From the NCBI GenBank assembly GCA_963668645.2, contig CAXXWC010000021.1, forward strand, positions 1,088,001 to 1,152,000: a DNA stretch of 64,000 bases, written 5' to 3'. Below the pieces are notes generated by a model. The model worked only from the letters and a program-made list of their open reading frames with translations, did not search any database and was not told the DNA's origin. This document shows, in pieces, positions 29,822 through 41,478 of the stretch. Each line of letters starts with the position of its first letter. Position 1 is the stretch's first letter. Made by a program: the position numbers and the translations under genes. Origin of the DNA: Desulfobacterales bacterium (GTDB taxonomy: Bacteria > Desulfobacterota > Desulfobacteria > Desulfobacterales > UBA2174).

Positions 29822-31804
29822 TTACCTTTCCGTAATCACGCTGTAGACGCGGTAGCAGCGCATGCAGCGGGCCGCCTCGTGGTAGGCCTCGTCGACCTCG
29901 ATCGGTTTTTCCACCTCTGTGAAAATCTGGCGCCGGACCTCGGGGTCGAGTTCGCGCACCTTGACGCGGTACTCGTGGCGCACCGGAATCTGGACCCCCG
30001 AAGCGATCATCGGCTGGACGGCCGCCACGAGCTGGCTCATACGGTCGGCCGGATGGAAGCGCACCCGGCCGAGACTCAGATAGTCGTCGATGCAGCGGGC
30101 CGCCTGCTCGCCCTGCGCCATGGCCTGCACCAGGGTAGCCGGTCCGGTGGCGCAGTCGCCACCGGCGAAGATACCTTTGCGCGAGGTCATCAAGGTGTTG
30201 GGATGCGTGGCGATCAGTCCCCGGGATGTAAAAGTGATGCCGTCTTCGGGCGCCACCAGCCCGATCTCCACCTGCTGGCCGATAGCCGGAATCACTGTGT
30301 CTGTCTCCAGGGCAAAGGTGGTTCCTTCCACCGGCCGCACGCTGCGCCGGCCGGTTTCGTCCGGCGCACCGAGTTCCATGCGCACCAGCTCGATCCCGGT
30401 CACCCGGCCGTCTTCGGACAGGATGCGGGTCGGGTGGGTCAAAAAGTGAAAGTGAACCCCTTCCTTTTCTGCCGCATCGATCTCTTCATGGTCGGCCGGC
30501 ATTTCCCTGCGTGAACGCCGATAGACAAGATGTACCTCGCTCGCACCTATTCGCAAGGCCGAACGGACGCAGTCCATGGCCACATTCCCCCCGCCCACCA
30601 CCACCACCCGCTCGCCAAGAGAAAGCGGTACCCCCTTGTCGATGTAGTCGTGGTTGACCCGCAGCAGCATGTCCACGCCATATGCATAGCCGGCCATTCC
30701 TGCATCTTCGCCCAGGATCCCAATCCCCTTGCCCTTGTGGGCCCCGATGGCAAGGAAAATCGCCTTGTAGCCGTTGTTGAGCAGGCCGGTGAGGCTAAAA
30801 TCGCGACCCATCTTACGGTTGTAAAAGATCTGGCCGCCGAGGGTTTCGATGATGCCGATTTCTCGCCCGAGCACCGCCTTGGGCAGGCGATACTCGGGGA
30901 TCCCGGTGGCGGCCATGCCACCAGGCACGGCCTTGGCCTCGTAAACGTCCACCGGGTAGCCGCGCAGCAGCAGGTGGTAGGCGGCCGAGATGCCGGCCGG
31001 TCCGGTGCCGATCACAGCTACCTTGAGGTCGCTGTCACGCTTCTGCGGCACACGGTAGCTGGTGAACCAGGCGTTGCTCACGTCCTGTTCGTGGTCGGCC
31101 ACAAAGCGCTTGAGCACCTTGATCCCCACCGCTTCGTCCACCTGGGTACGCCGGCAGGCCATCTCGCAGAAACGGACGCAGACCCGGCCGCATGTTGCGG
31201 CCATGGGATACTTCTGAAGTATGACACCCAGCGAGTGGGTGAACTTGCCGTCCTTGATGAAATCGATGTAGCGCGGCACGTCGACCTTGATTGGGCAGGC
31301 TTCGATGCACGGCGCTGTAATGTATGTGTAACCGGGCTGATGGCGGACTCGATCGTTGCATCCTATCTGTCGCACCAGCTCGGGCCGAAAAAACTGAATC
31401 AGGGCCAGCAGCGCCACCGGGGCTGTCTGCCCCAACCCACACAGGGAGGTCATGCGCATCTGCTCTCCGATGGTTTCGATTTCGTCGAGCAGCCTTTCGC
31501 TCCCGTCTCCGGCAGAGAGGTGCGCCAGCTTGGTGCGAATAATCTCGCTGCCGACCCTGCAAGGGGTGCATTTGCCGCACGACTCACGGGCTACCCGCTC
31601 CATGTACTGGCAGGCTGCATCAAGCAGGTTCACCTCCTTGTCGAAAATGAAAAACCCGTGACCGCCAAAAAAGGCTCTGATCGGGTTGCCCGGATCAAAT
31701 TCGTCAAAAGTGTCAAATCCGGGAGTTTCCTCGATTTCGAAAATCTTGCGTGAGCGGTTGTCGATGCATTTTCCGTCCCAGACCCCGAAAATCACTTTTG
31801 CCAT
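29822..31804 (-). CDS. SfrB/GltD-like FAD- and FeS-containing NADPH oxidoreductase with N-terminal NuoF-type 4Fe-4S domain
   Basis: ESCGKCTPCRVG...SLCGLG; APCIEACP, CGRVC..FCEMACRR; GTGPAG; GGGNVAMD...YRRS; EAARCMRC; start ATG 31804. Confidence 0.9.
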   Translation of the reverse strand: MAKVIFGVWDGKCIDNRSRKIFEIEETPGFDTFDEFDPGNPIRAFFGGHGFFIFDKEVNLLDAACQYMERVARESCGKCTPCRVGSEIIRTKLAHLSAGDGSERLLDEIETIGEQMRMTSLCGLGQTAPVALLALIQFFRPELVRQIGCNDRVRHQPGYTYITAPCIEACPIKVDVPRYIDFIKDGKFTHSLGVILQKYPMAATCGRVCVRFCEMACRRTQVDEAVGIKVLKRFVADHEQDVSNAWFTSYRVPQKRDSDLKVAVIGTGPAGISAAYHLLLRGYPVDVYEAKAVPGGMAATGIPEYRLPKAVLGREIGIIETLGGQIFYNRKMGRDFSLTGLLNNGYKAIFLAIGAHKGKGIGILGEDAGMAGYAYGVDMLLRVNHDYIDKGVPLSLGERVVVVGGGNVAMDCVRSALRIGASEVHLVYRRSRREMPADHEEIDAAEKEGVHFHFLTHPTRILSEDGRVTGIELVRMELGAPDETGRRSVRPVEGTTFALETDTVIPAIGQQVEIGLVAPEDGITFTSRGLIATHPNTLMTSRKGIFAGGDCATGPATLVQAMAQGEQAARCIDDYLSLGRVRFHPADRMSQLVAAVQPMIASGVQIPVRHEYRVKVRELDPEVRRQIFTEVEKPIEVDEAYHEAARCMRCYRVYSVITER

Positions 31805-31867
31805 GACCGATCCCTTTCCGCTGCGCCGCAGTAGAGGCGTGGTTGAACTCGTCGGTGCGCGTACCGA

Positions 31868-31882
31868 GCAATTGTTGTGCCA
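31868..31882 (-). promoter_or_regulatory. Sigma54 (-24/-12) promoter for the hydrogenase operon
   Basis: Minus strand TGGCAC-AACAA-TTGC, consensus spacing, ~63 nt upstream of ATG 31804. Confidence 0.8.
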
Positions 31883-32451
31883 TGGAAAGGAACTCAAAGC
31901 GGCGCGGGATGCAGATCCGTGAGATTATGGGATATAACCCATTAGAGGCGGGACTGGCAAACCTGTCGCTTCGCTTCTCGAATGTGTCAGCTCAGTTTAC
32001 ATCGTAAAAAACGATGAGCAGTGCCAGGTGACACGGCCTCGGTTGCGCGCGAGACAAAGTCCTCTGTGCAGAATGGCAAAGAAAGGTAAGAGTAGTGGTA
32101 AGCGCTCACGGGGTATCCCGAAGCTACAATCTCAAAGCTTAACACACTGAATTAAAAAGAAAAATCGCTATAGCGTACTGAAATTTTAAAAAAATGGCTC
32201 TTCGCTGTTTCGTCTGGGTGGATTTGGTTTGTGTCGGGAATAAGGCGATAAAATCCCCCAGTGGTGCCATATGCGAGTAGCCGTGACCTGTCGGTGACTA
32301 AGCAGCCGTTTGGAATCCATTTTTGCAGCTTTTCAAATTACTGCGTTTGCATGCAGCTATTCAATGACAGGAAATACAAGATCCGCCAGTCTCTCTCTAA
32401 GCGGTTTTAATTGTGGAGCATGGCGTTGTACCAACTCTTCGAGCACTTGGT

Positions 32452-33228
32452 CTAAAATCCCGGAGCTCCGATCTGGCGGGATAATTTCCGGCACAGCATC
32501 AACAGCATAGTTTGGATCTGATCGATCCTGGGATCAGTCATTCGGGGGGTAGGACCTGATACGCTTATGGCATAGGACGGCTTGCCCGCATAATCGAACA
32601 CCGGCGCCGCTACGCACCGCAAGCCAAGACTCAGTTCTTCATTATCCAGTGCGTAGCCGCGCTGTCGGATTTGGACGGCTTCGGCTTTCAGACGCACTGG
32701 ATCGGTTATGGTTTTGGGAGAGATCGCCACCAGTTCGGTTGATTCGAGATAGGCATTGAATTCGGACTCCGGCAAAAATGCCAATATCGCCTTTCCCAGT
32801 CCTGTACAGTAAGCTGGAGCAATCGCTCCCATGCCGACGTCGAAGCGTAGGATTTCGGAGCTGTTGATTTTATCAAGATGTACAATCGCTCTGCCGTCCC
32901 AGTGCCCCAGGTTAACCGTTTCACCGAAAGCCAGGGCGAGTTCCTGCATAAAAGGATGGGCCGTGTGCCGGATCTCAAAACCATCGAGTTTTTGCATGCC
33001 CAATTCAAGGACCTTGAAAGTCAGCTGGAAACCTCCTCCAGCAGCTCTCTCCACATACCCCAAATCTTTTAATGTCATTAAAAATCGATGCGTTACAGCT
33101 CTACTCGTGTTCATCTGGCCCGCTATTTTGGATGCGGAGACGGCACCCTCGGTAGCGATCCGTTCCAGAATATGCAAGCCTTTAGCAAGGGAGGAGATAA
33201 AATAGTATTTTTCACCTTTGGGGGGCAT
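32452..33228 (-). CDS. IclR-family transcriptional regulator
   Basis: SSLAKGLHIL, HRFLMTL...GYV, ETVNLG, YCTGLGKAILA, GYALDNEE..GLRCVAAPV. Confidence 0.93.
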   Translation of the reverse strand: MPPKGEKYYFISSLAKGLHILERIATEGAVSASKIAGQMNTSRAVTHRFLMTLKDLGYVERAAGGGFQLTFKVLELGMQKLDGFEIRHTAHPFMQELALAFGETVNLGHWDGRAIVHLDKINSSEILRFDVGMGAIAPAYCTGLGKAILAFLPESEFNAYLESTELVAISPKTITDPVRLKAEAVQIRQRGYALDNEELSLGLRCVAAPVFDYAGKPSYAISVSGPTPRMTDPRIDQIQTMLLMLCRKLSRQIGAPGF

Positions 33229-33610
33229 ACACAACCTCACTCAATGAGCAGATTCGGTAAGAAGAAAGCATTCTGCCTCACTATTTGTGACAATGTATAC
33301 TATATATAGATAAGCTTCGCAGATCCAGGCTGTCAAGCATTTTCAGTGATCAACTTATGACTATGACTTGATAATAAGCACCTTGAAGATTGGTAAATAT
33401 TTACTTCAGATGCCCCGGCTCAGCACTGCAAGGCAGGCGATTCGTTAGTGTCTGGCCAACCGTTCCCCTACCGCGGGGCTCGGTTTTGCGTTATGTCTGA
33501 GGTCTACTGAAGACAGTTTTAGGGGAACCGCTTGCGGTAATCTTCCGCCTTACTTGCCAGCGGCAGTTTTTCGAACAGACAGGTCAGCAAAATTCGACCG
33601 TCACCGTTCA

Positions 33611-35563
33611 TCACTCTTCCCGGCGGTTCAGCTTCTTGGTGTACATCTCAAGCTTCAGGCCGGCAATCATTCCCTTCACCAGGGAGAACCAGCCGGGCGA
33701 ATAGAGGCCCGTGGTGAGCCGGGTGAACAGATCGAGCTTACGCGGGGTGTAAGGAAACCAGTTGGCCTCCAGCTTGGCGCTGTTGGCGTCGATGAGAATC
33801 GACTTGATATTGGCGAAACAGTAAAAGCCGAACTCGCCCTTGTAGCGACCGATGCCACTCTGTTTGGCACCGCCGAAAGGCAACGCGTGGTTTCCTTCGG
33901 TGAGCATCACGTTGTTGATCGAAACGTTGCCGGTCACGATGGCCCTGGCCGTGCGTTCAGCCCGGGACAGGTCGGCGGACCAGACACTGGCCGACAGGCC
34001 GAACCGGCCAGCGTTGGCCAAGTCTACGGCCTCCTGATCGGCGTTGAAGGTCGCGATGGGTAGCACCGGCCCGAAGGTTTCCTCCTGCTCCAGCATCATC
34101 TCCGGCGTGACCCCGACCACCACCATGGGCGGAACCAGGGTCGATTGATCGTCCCACCCGGTCCCGGTGAGCAGCCGGGCACCCTTGGCCCGGGCATCGG
34201 CGATCTGGGCCGCGACCACCTTCACCTGGGCCGGCGATGTCATGGGACCGATGTCGGCCCGCCCGTCGTGATCCGTGGCCTGGATCAACTGCCGGGTGCG
34301 GCGCACCACGGCGGCGGTGAAGGCCTCGGCGATGGATTCGTGAACCAGGACCTTTTCCACCGAGGTGCACGATTGGCCCGTGTTGGTAAAGGCCCCCCAG
34401 ACGGCCCCGGCCGCGGCCCGTTCGATATCGGCGTCCTCGAAAACGATCATCGGGTCCTTGCCCCCCATCTCTAACTCTACCGGGATAAGATGCCGGGCCG
34501 CGCGCTGCATGATCTGCTGCCCGGTGCGGGCGCTGCCGATGAAAAAGATCTTGTCCGGCCGGGCGTCGATGAGCGCATCGCCCATTTCAGCGCCCCGGCC
34601 GTAAACGATCTGGACCCAGTCGGGCCTGAAATCGGCTGCGGTAAGCAGCTCTTCCACCAAGCCGGCAAGAGGGGTCAGATGGGAGGGTTTGTAGACCACG
34701 GCGTTGCCCACCACGAAGGCCAGCGTGATGGGCACGATGGCCTGGTAAAACGGATAATTCCACGGGGAGATGATCAGGGCTGTGCCCAGGGGCTCGAAGT
34801 AGATGCGCGATTTTTTGCCCATCAGGGCCAGGGGGGTGGGCACCTTGCGATCGGCCAAAATCCGCCGGCTCTGTTTGCCCAGGTAATCGAGATGGTCCAG
34901 GGTGCCGAAGATTTCGGCGGTCAGGGCGTCGATGCGCGATTTTCCGGTTTCCTGCTGAATGCGGTCGAGGATCATGGCCTGGCGATCGATGATGATCTGC
35001 TTGAGTTTGGCGATGATCTCGAGGCGTTTTTCCAGGGGCCAGCCGGCGATCTCCCGCTGGGCTTCTCGGGCCCGGACGAAGATGCGCGTGATGTCCGCCG
35101 GGCTCGGGTCCTGAAAGGCGATGGGTTCTGACGGCACCGCGGGCGACGGGTGGTCACCGTCGCGCAGGACGATCCTGGGGTGCCAATCGATGATGTCAAA
35201 CACCTTGGGGCCGCAATACCCCTCGCCAGTGACATTGGCATAATAGAGACTCATGAGGGCCCCTTTGACCCCGATTTCCAGCAGGCGCAACCCGGCCCCC
35301 AGGGTCCCCGGCATCCTTTCGCGGTATGCACAAAGACTGAAGAGCAACCGAATGGCCCAGCGGGGCCACCAGGCGAAAAGGCCGCCGACAATTCTCAACC
35401 CGTCCAGATCGTCCCCGTTGAGATAAGCTGCCAGCCGATCGACGTGATCGAGGCATCCGGTACCGGAAAAGCACGGCGAGGCGTCGGTGCCCGGAATCAG
35501 GACGTCACCGGCTCGCTCCAGGCCGCGCAGTTGTCGCAGGGTGAAGTAGCGTGAAATTTTCAT
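33611..35563 (-). CDS. Aldehyde dehydrogenase with ~150-aa N-terminal extra domain
   Basis: ISPWNYP, KPS, LEMGGKD, GQSCTS, EETFGP, PFGGAKQSGIG; true start ATG 35563 (ATGA overlap with the GMC gene). Confidence 0.9.
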   Translation of the reverse strand: MKISRYFTLRQLRGLERAGDVLIPGTDASPCFSGTGCLDHVDRLAAYLNGDDLDGLRIVGGLFAWWPRWAIRLLFSLCAYRERMPGTLGAGLRLLEIGVKGALMSLYYANVTGEGYCGPKVFDIIDWHPRIVLRDGDHPSPAVPSEPIAFQDPSPADITRIFVRAREAQREIAGWPLEKRLEIIAKLKQIIIDRQAMILDRIQQETGKSRIDALTAEIFGTLDHLDYLGKQSRRILADRKVPTPLALMGKKSRIYFEPLGTALIISPWNYPFYQAIVPITLAFVVGNAVVYKPSHLTPLAGLVEELLTAADFRPDWVQIVYGRGAEMGDALIDARPDKIFFIGSARTGQQIMQRAARHLIPVELEMGGKDPMIVFEDADIERAAAGAVWGAFTNTGQSCTSVEKVLVHESIAEAFTAAVVRRTRQLIQATDHDGRADIGPMTSPAQVKVVAAQIADARAKGARLLTGTGWDDQSTLVPPMVVVGVTPEMMLEQEETFGPVLPIATFNADQEAVDLANAGRFGLSASVWSADLSRAERTARAIVTGNVSINNVMLTEGNHALPFGGAKQSGIGRYKGEFGFYCFANIKSILIDANSAKLEANWFPYTPRKLDLFTRLTTGLYSPGWFSLVKGMIAGLKLEMYTKKLNRREE

Positions 35564-36978
35564 GATCGGATGTCCCTCATCATCGTGTCGGCCGCCATCT
35601 TCGAAAGGGCCATGATTGTCAGCGAAGGATTGATCCCCGGTGCGTTGGGAAAAATGCTCGAATCGGCCGCGAAAATGTCCGTATGACCGTGGAGGCTGAA
35701 GTCCGGTGCCACCACGCTGGTGGCCGGATCGGTCCCCATGCGGCACCCCCCCATGAGGTGCAGCCCGATGCCGTAAACGCCGTGGATGATCTCCTTGGCC
35801 CCGGTGGCATTGAAGATCTCGTCGATCACGGTCGTGCCGCGCCGCCACCGGGCCAGGTCCTCTTGGGAACGCGGCTTGCGGATCACGGTGCGCCCCTTGC
35901 GATCGAGGCGGATGCGCCCGGGGGCTGTATCGCGAGTGCACACCTCGATGCAGGCCAGATGGGCCAGCTGTTCCATAATCCCCTGGTGGTGCCTTCCGAA
36001 ACCGTTGATCAACAGGGCAATGGCCCCCGGGCCGGCATAGACGTTTTCCAGCTTGAAGCCTTCCTGGCGAAAACCGGGGTCATCCGACTTGAAGGCCTGG
36101 AATGCGCCCAGGTGGGCTTTGATCGGCCGCTGGTAAAGCCCGAAGTGCATGTACTGGGGGTGGCAGTAAAAATATCTGCCCAGGGCGGGCAGTCGCCGGG
36201 CGAAACCCGAGCGCAGCAGCAGCCGCGTGTTGCCGATGGCCCCTGCGGCCAGGACCAGACGGCGGCCACGGTACTGGACGCGGCCGCCATGCCGGTCCAG
36301 GGCCTGAATGTCGATCCGGTCGCTGCGGCGCACGATCTGGACGACTTCGGTTTCGGGCACCAAGGTCAGTCCGGCTTCGATGGCCCGTTTGAGGACGGTT
36401 TCCGGCGTGCTCTGCTTGCTGCCGATGCGGCAGCCGTTGAGGCACTCGATGCAGCAGTTGCCGTCCTCGTAACGGCAGTCGCGCTGGGCCCGGCGCAGCG
36501 GGGCCAACCGGTAGCCGAGCCGGGCGAACCCCTCGGCGAAGATCTCGGCGTTGGCGTTGCGAAAGGCCGCCGGAATCTCCTGGATCGAAATTTCGGTCTC
36601 GGCCCGCTCGTACCAGGGAACCATGGCCTCGGTGCGAAAAAAATCCACCCCCGAAGCGGTGCGCCAACTATCCAGGGCGTCGTCGTCGAACCGGTCCACC
36701 AGGGCCTGGTTGACCACCGAGCCGCCGCCCACCACCTTGGGCCGCAAAAATGCGATGCGCGCCCGGTCGTCGAGTTCGAGCCCTCCGGACCAGTAAAGCT
36801 GGGCCGTGCCATCCAGATCGTTGGACGGATAGGCATGGCGGGCATAGCGACGCCCGGCTTCGAGCATCAGGCAGTGCAGACCACTTCGGCAAAGGTTCTG
36901 GGCGATAAAAGGCCCCGAGATGCCGGCGCCCACGATGACAACGTCGTAAAGGGTGGGGTGTGGATGAGTCACTGGCAA
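35560..36978 (-). CDS. GMC-family FAD oxidoreductase
   Basis: DVVIVGAGISG, VGGGSVVN, LAAGAIG, HLMGGCRMG, DSSIFP...INPSLTI. Confidence 0.92.
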   Translation of the reverse strand: MPVTHPHPTLYDVVIVGAGISGPFIAQNLCRSGLHCLMLEAGRRYARHAYPSNDLDGTAQLYWSGGLELDDRARIAFLRPKVVGGGSVVNQALVDRFDDDALDSWRTASGVDFFRTEAMVPWYERAETEISIQEIPAAFRNANAEIFAEGFARLGYRLAPLRRAQRDCRYEDGNCCIECLNGCRIGSKQSTPETVLKRAIEAGLTLVPETEVVQIVRRSDRIDIQALDRHGGRVQYRGRRLVLAAGAIGNTRLLLRSGFARRLPALGRYFYCHPQYMHFGLYQRPIKAHLGAFQAFKSDDPGFRQEGFKLENVYAGPGAIALLINGFGRHHQGIMEQLAHLACIEVCTRDTAPGRIRLDRKGRTVIRKPRSQEDLARWRRGTTVIDEIFNATGAKEIIHGVYGIGLHLMGGCRMGTDPATSVVAPDFSLHGHTDIFAADSSIFPNAPGINPSLTIMALSKMAADTMMRDIRS

Positions 36979-37010
36979 TACCTCTCAGAAGCGGCCGCAG
37001 GGTCACAGGC

Positions 37011-38234
37011 TCATAAAAGAGCCATCCCCTGGCCGCGGTAGGTGACGGCCTCGGCAACAATGCGGTCTGCGGCGACAAGGGCCAGGGTGTTGAAGCGCTC
37101 GCAGAGCTCACCGGCCTTGGCATGCTGGAAAAAAACCGGGTCCCCGGGCACCGGGGCATAAGTGGCACCACCGAGACGCAGGGGAGTCTGCACCTCACCA
37201 GCCCCTTCGATGCCGATGTAGCGCATCCCCGGAGGCATCACCGGCCAGGGCAGCTTTTCCGGTCCCACCTGCCCGGAAGCCACGTATCCGCCGCCGGCAC
37301 AGGTGATCATCCCGGCCGCCGGTACGCGGACCACCTGCAGGGCGAAGAAAGCCGCCGGTTGAAACCGGACCTCGCAAAAATGGCCGAAGAGTCCCGGTGC
37401 AAAAAAAGCCGAACCGGCGCTGACTTCCGTGACGGCCGGATCGGCACCGGTGGACACCAGACTGCCGCTGCCGCCGCCATTGACCGCCCGCAGCCCATGC
37501 CCGGCACCTACCAGGGCGTCGACGATACGCCGCCGCCGGCGGGTGAGCTCCTTGACCGAAAAACGTTTGATCAGGCGCATGAGCCGGTTGTGAAAAGAAC
37601 GGCCGGGCAACCGGTCGTTGACCGAGGCGATCTGGGCCTCGTAGCCCATGACGGCGTCGATGGCCACCCCGTTCAGGGCGGCGGCCGCCTCGGCCAGAAT
37701 GCGCGCCTCCTGCGCGGTGCGCACCGGACTGCGGCGCACCCCCAGGTGGATCCAGGGCCCCAGAGGCCGCCAGGACATATCGATCTCCAGGCAGGCCTTC
37801 AGGGTCACCCCGGCCCTCCGGCCGGCTGCGGCCAGGGCTTCCAGATGGGCCGGGCAGTCGACCATCTGGGAAACCTGGACGCCCCGGCGGGTAAGTTCCA
37901 CCAGCAGGGCCAGGTCCGAGGGCTGGACCGTGGGATAGGCGACGATCAGATCGTTGAATCCGTGGCCGGCCAGAAAGGCGGCTTCCTCAACGCTGAAGGC
38001 GAGGATCCCCTGGTAGCCGGACCCGCCTTTATCGAAGACCCGCTTGAGCAGCTCCAGGCAGCGGATCGATTTGGACGCGACACGGATCTTCTTGCCGGTG
38101 TGCGCTTGGGTGGCCGCCACGTAAGCGATGTTGGCGTCGAAGCGGTCCAGGTCCACCAGCGCCAGGGGAAGACGCCTCCCGGCGATCAGACTCCGGTAGC
38201 GCTGGTAATCCCGGTCCCAGTTCAGAACAGCCAT
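37011..38234 (-). CDS. PLP fold-type III enzyme (amino acid deaminase/aldolase, D-threonine aldolase-like)
   Basis: RVASKSIRC (PLP Lys), MGYEAQIA, VNGGGSGS, EVSAGS, GAGEVQTP, HAKAGELCERF. Confidence 0.85.
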   Translation of the reverse strand: MAVLNWDRDYQRYRSLIAGRRLPLALVDLDRFDANIAYVAATQAHTGKKIRVASKSIRCLELLKRVFDKGGSGYQGILAFSVEEAAFLAGHGFNDLIVAYPTVQPSDLALLVELTRRGVQVSQMVDCPAHLEALAAAGRRAGVTLKACLEIDMSWRPLGPWIHLGVRRSPVRTAQEARILAEAAAALNGVAIDAVMGYEAQIASVNDRLPGRSFHNRLMRLIKRFSVKELTRRRRRIVDALVGAGHGLRAVNGGGSGSLVSTGADPAVTEVSAGSAFFAPGLFGHFCEVRFQPAAFFALQVVRVPAAGMITCAGGGYVASGQVGPEKLPWPVMPPGMRYIGIEGAGEVQTPLRLGGATYAPVPGDPVFFQHAKAGELCERFNTLALVAADRIVAEAVTYRGQGMALL

Positions 38235-38330
38235 GCGGCCCCTCCCGGATCAACGGAAAATCACACTTTGAACGACGAATCATTGAGTATATGCAAATCA
38301 CCCAAAGCCGGCCGGATGTCAAGGCCGGCC

Positions 38331-41345
<3,015 letters not shown>

Positions 41346-41478
41346 AGCAAGAATCAGCCGTCAAGTTGTAAAATAAGGTCATATACCTTAAGTGCAGCCA
41401 GTTTAAAACAGCAATGGCAAATCTGCTGTTTCATGCCTTGCACCATGGGATTCGCCCTGAAAAGCGTGGTCGCTGGAG

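Noticed and set aside
27913..31804. Calling the hydrogenase an electron-bifurcating HydABC/Hnd enzyme
   Set aside because: No NuoE-like subunit and no FMN/NADH-binding NuoF core in the operon.
35564..35941. Extra 126 N-terminal residues of the 776-aa ALDH ORF
   Set aside because: They overlap the GMC gene in another frame; ATGA coupling supports the start at 35563.
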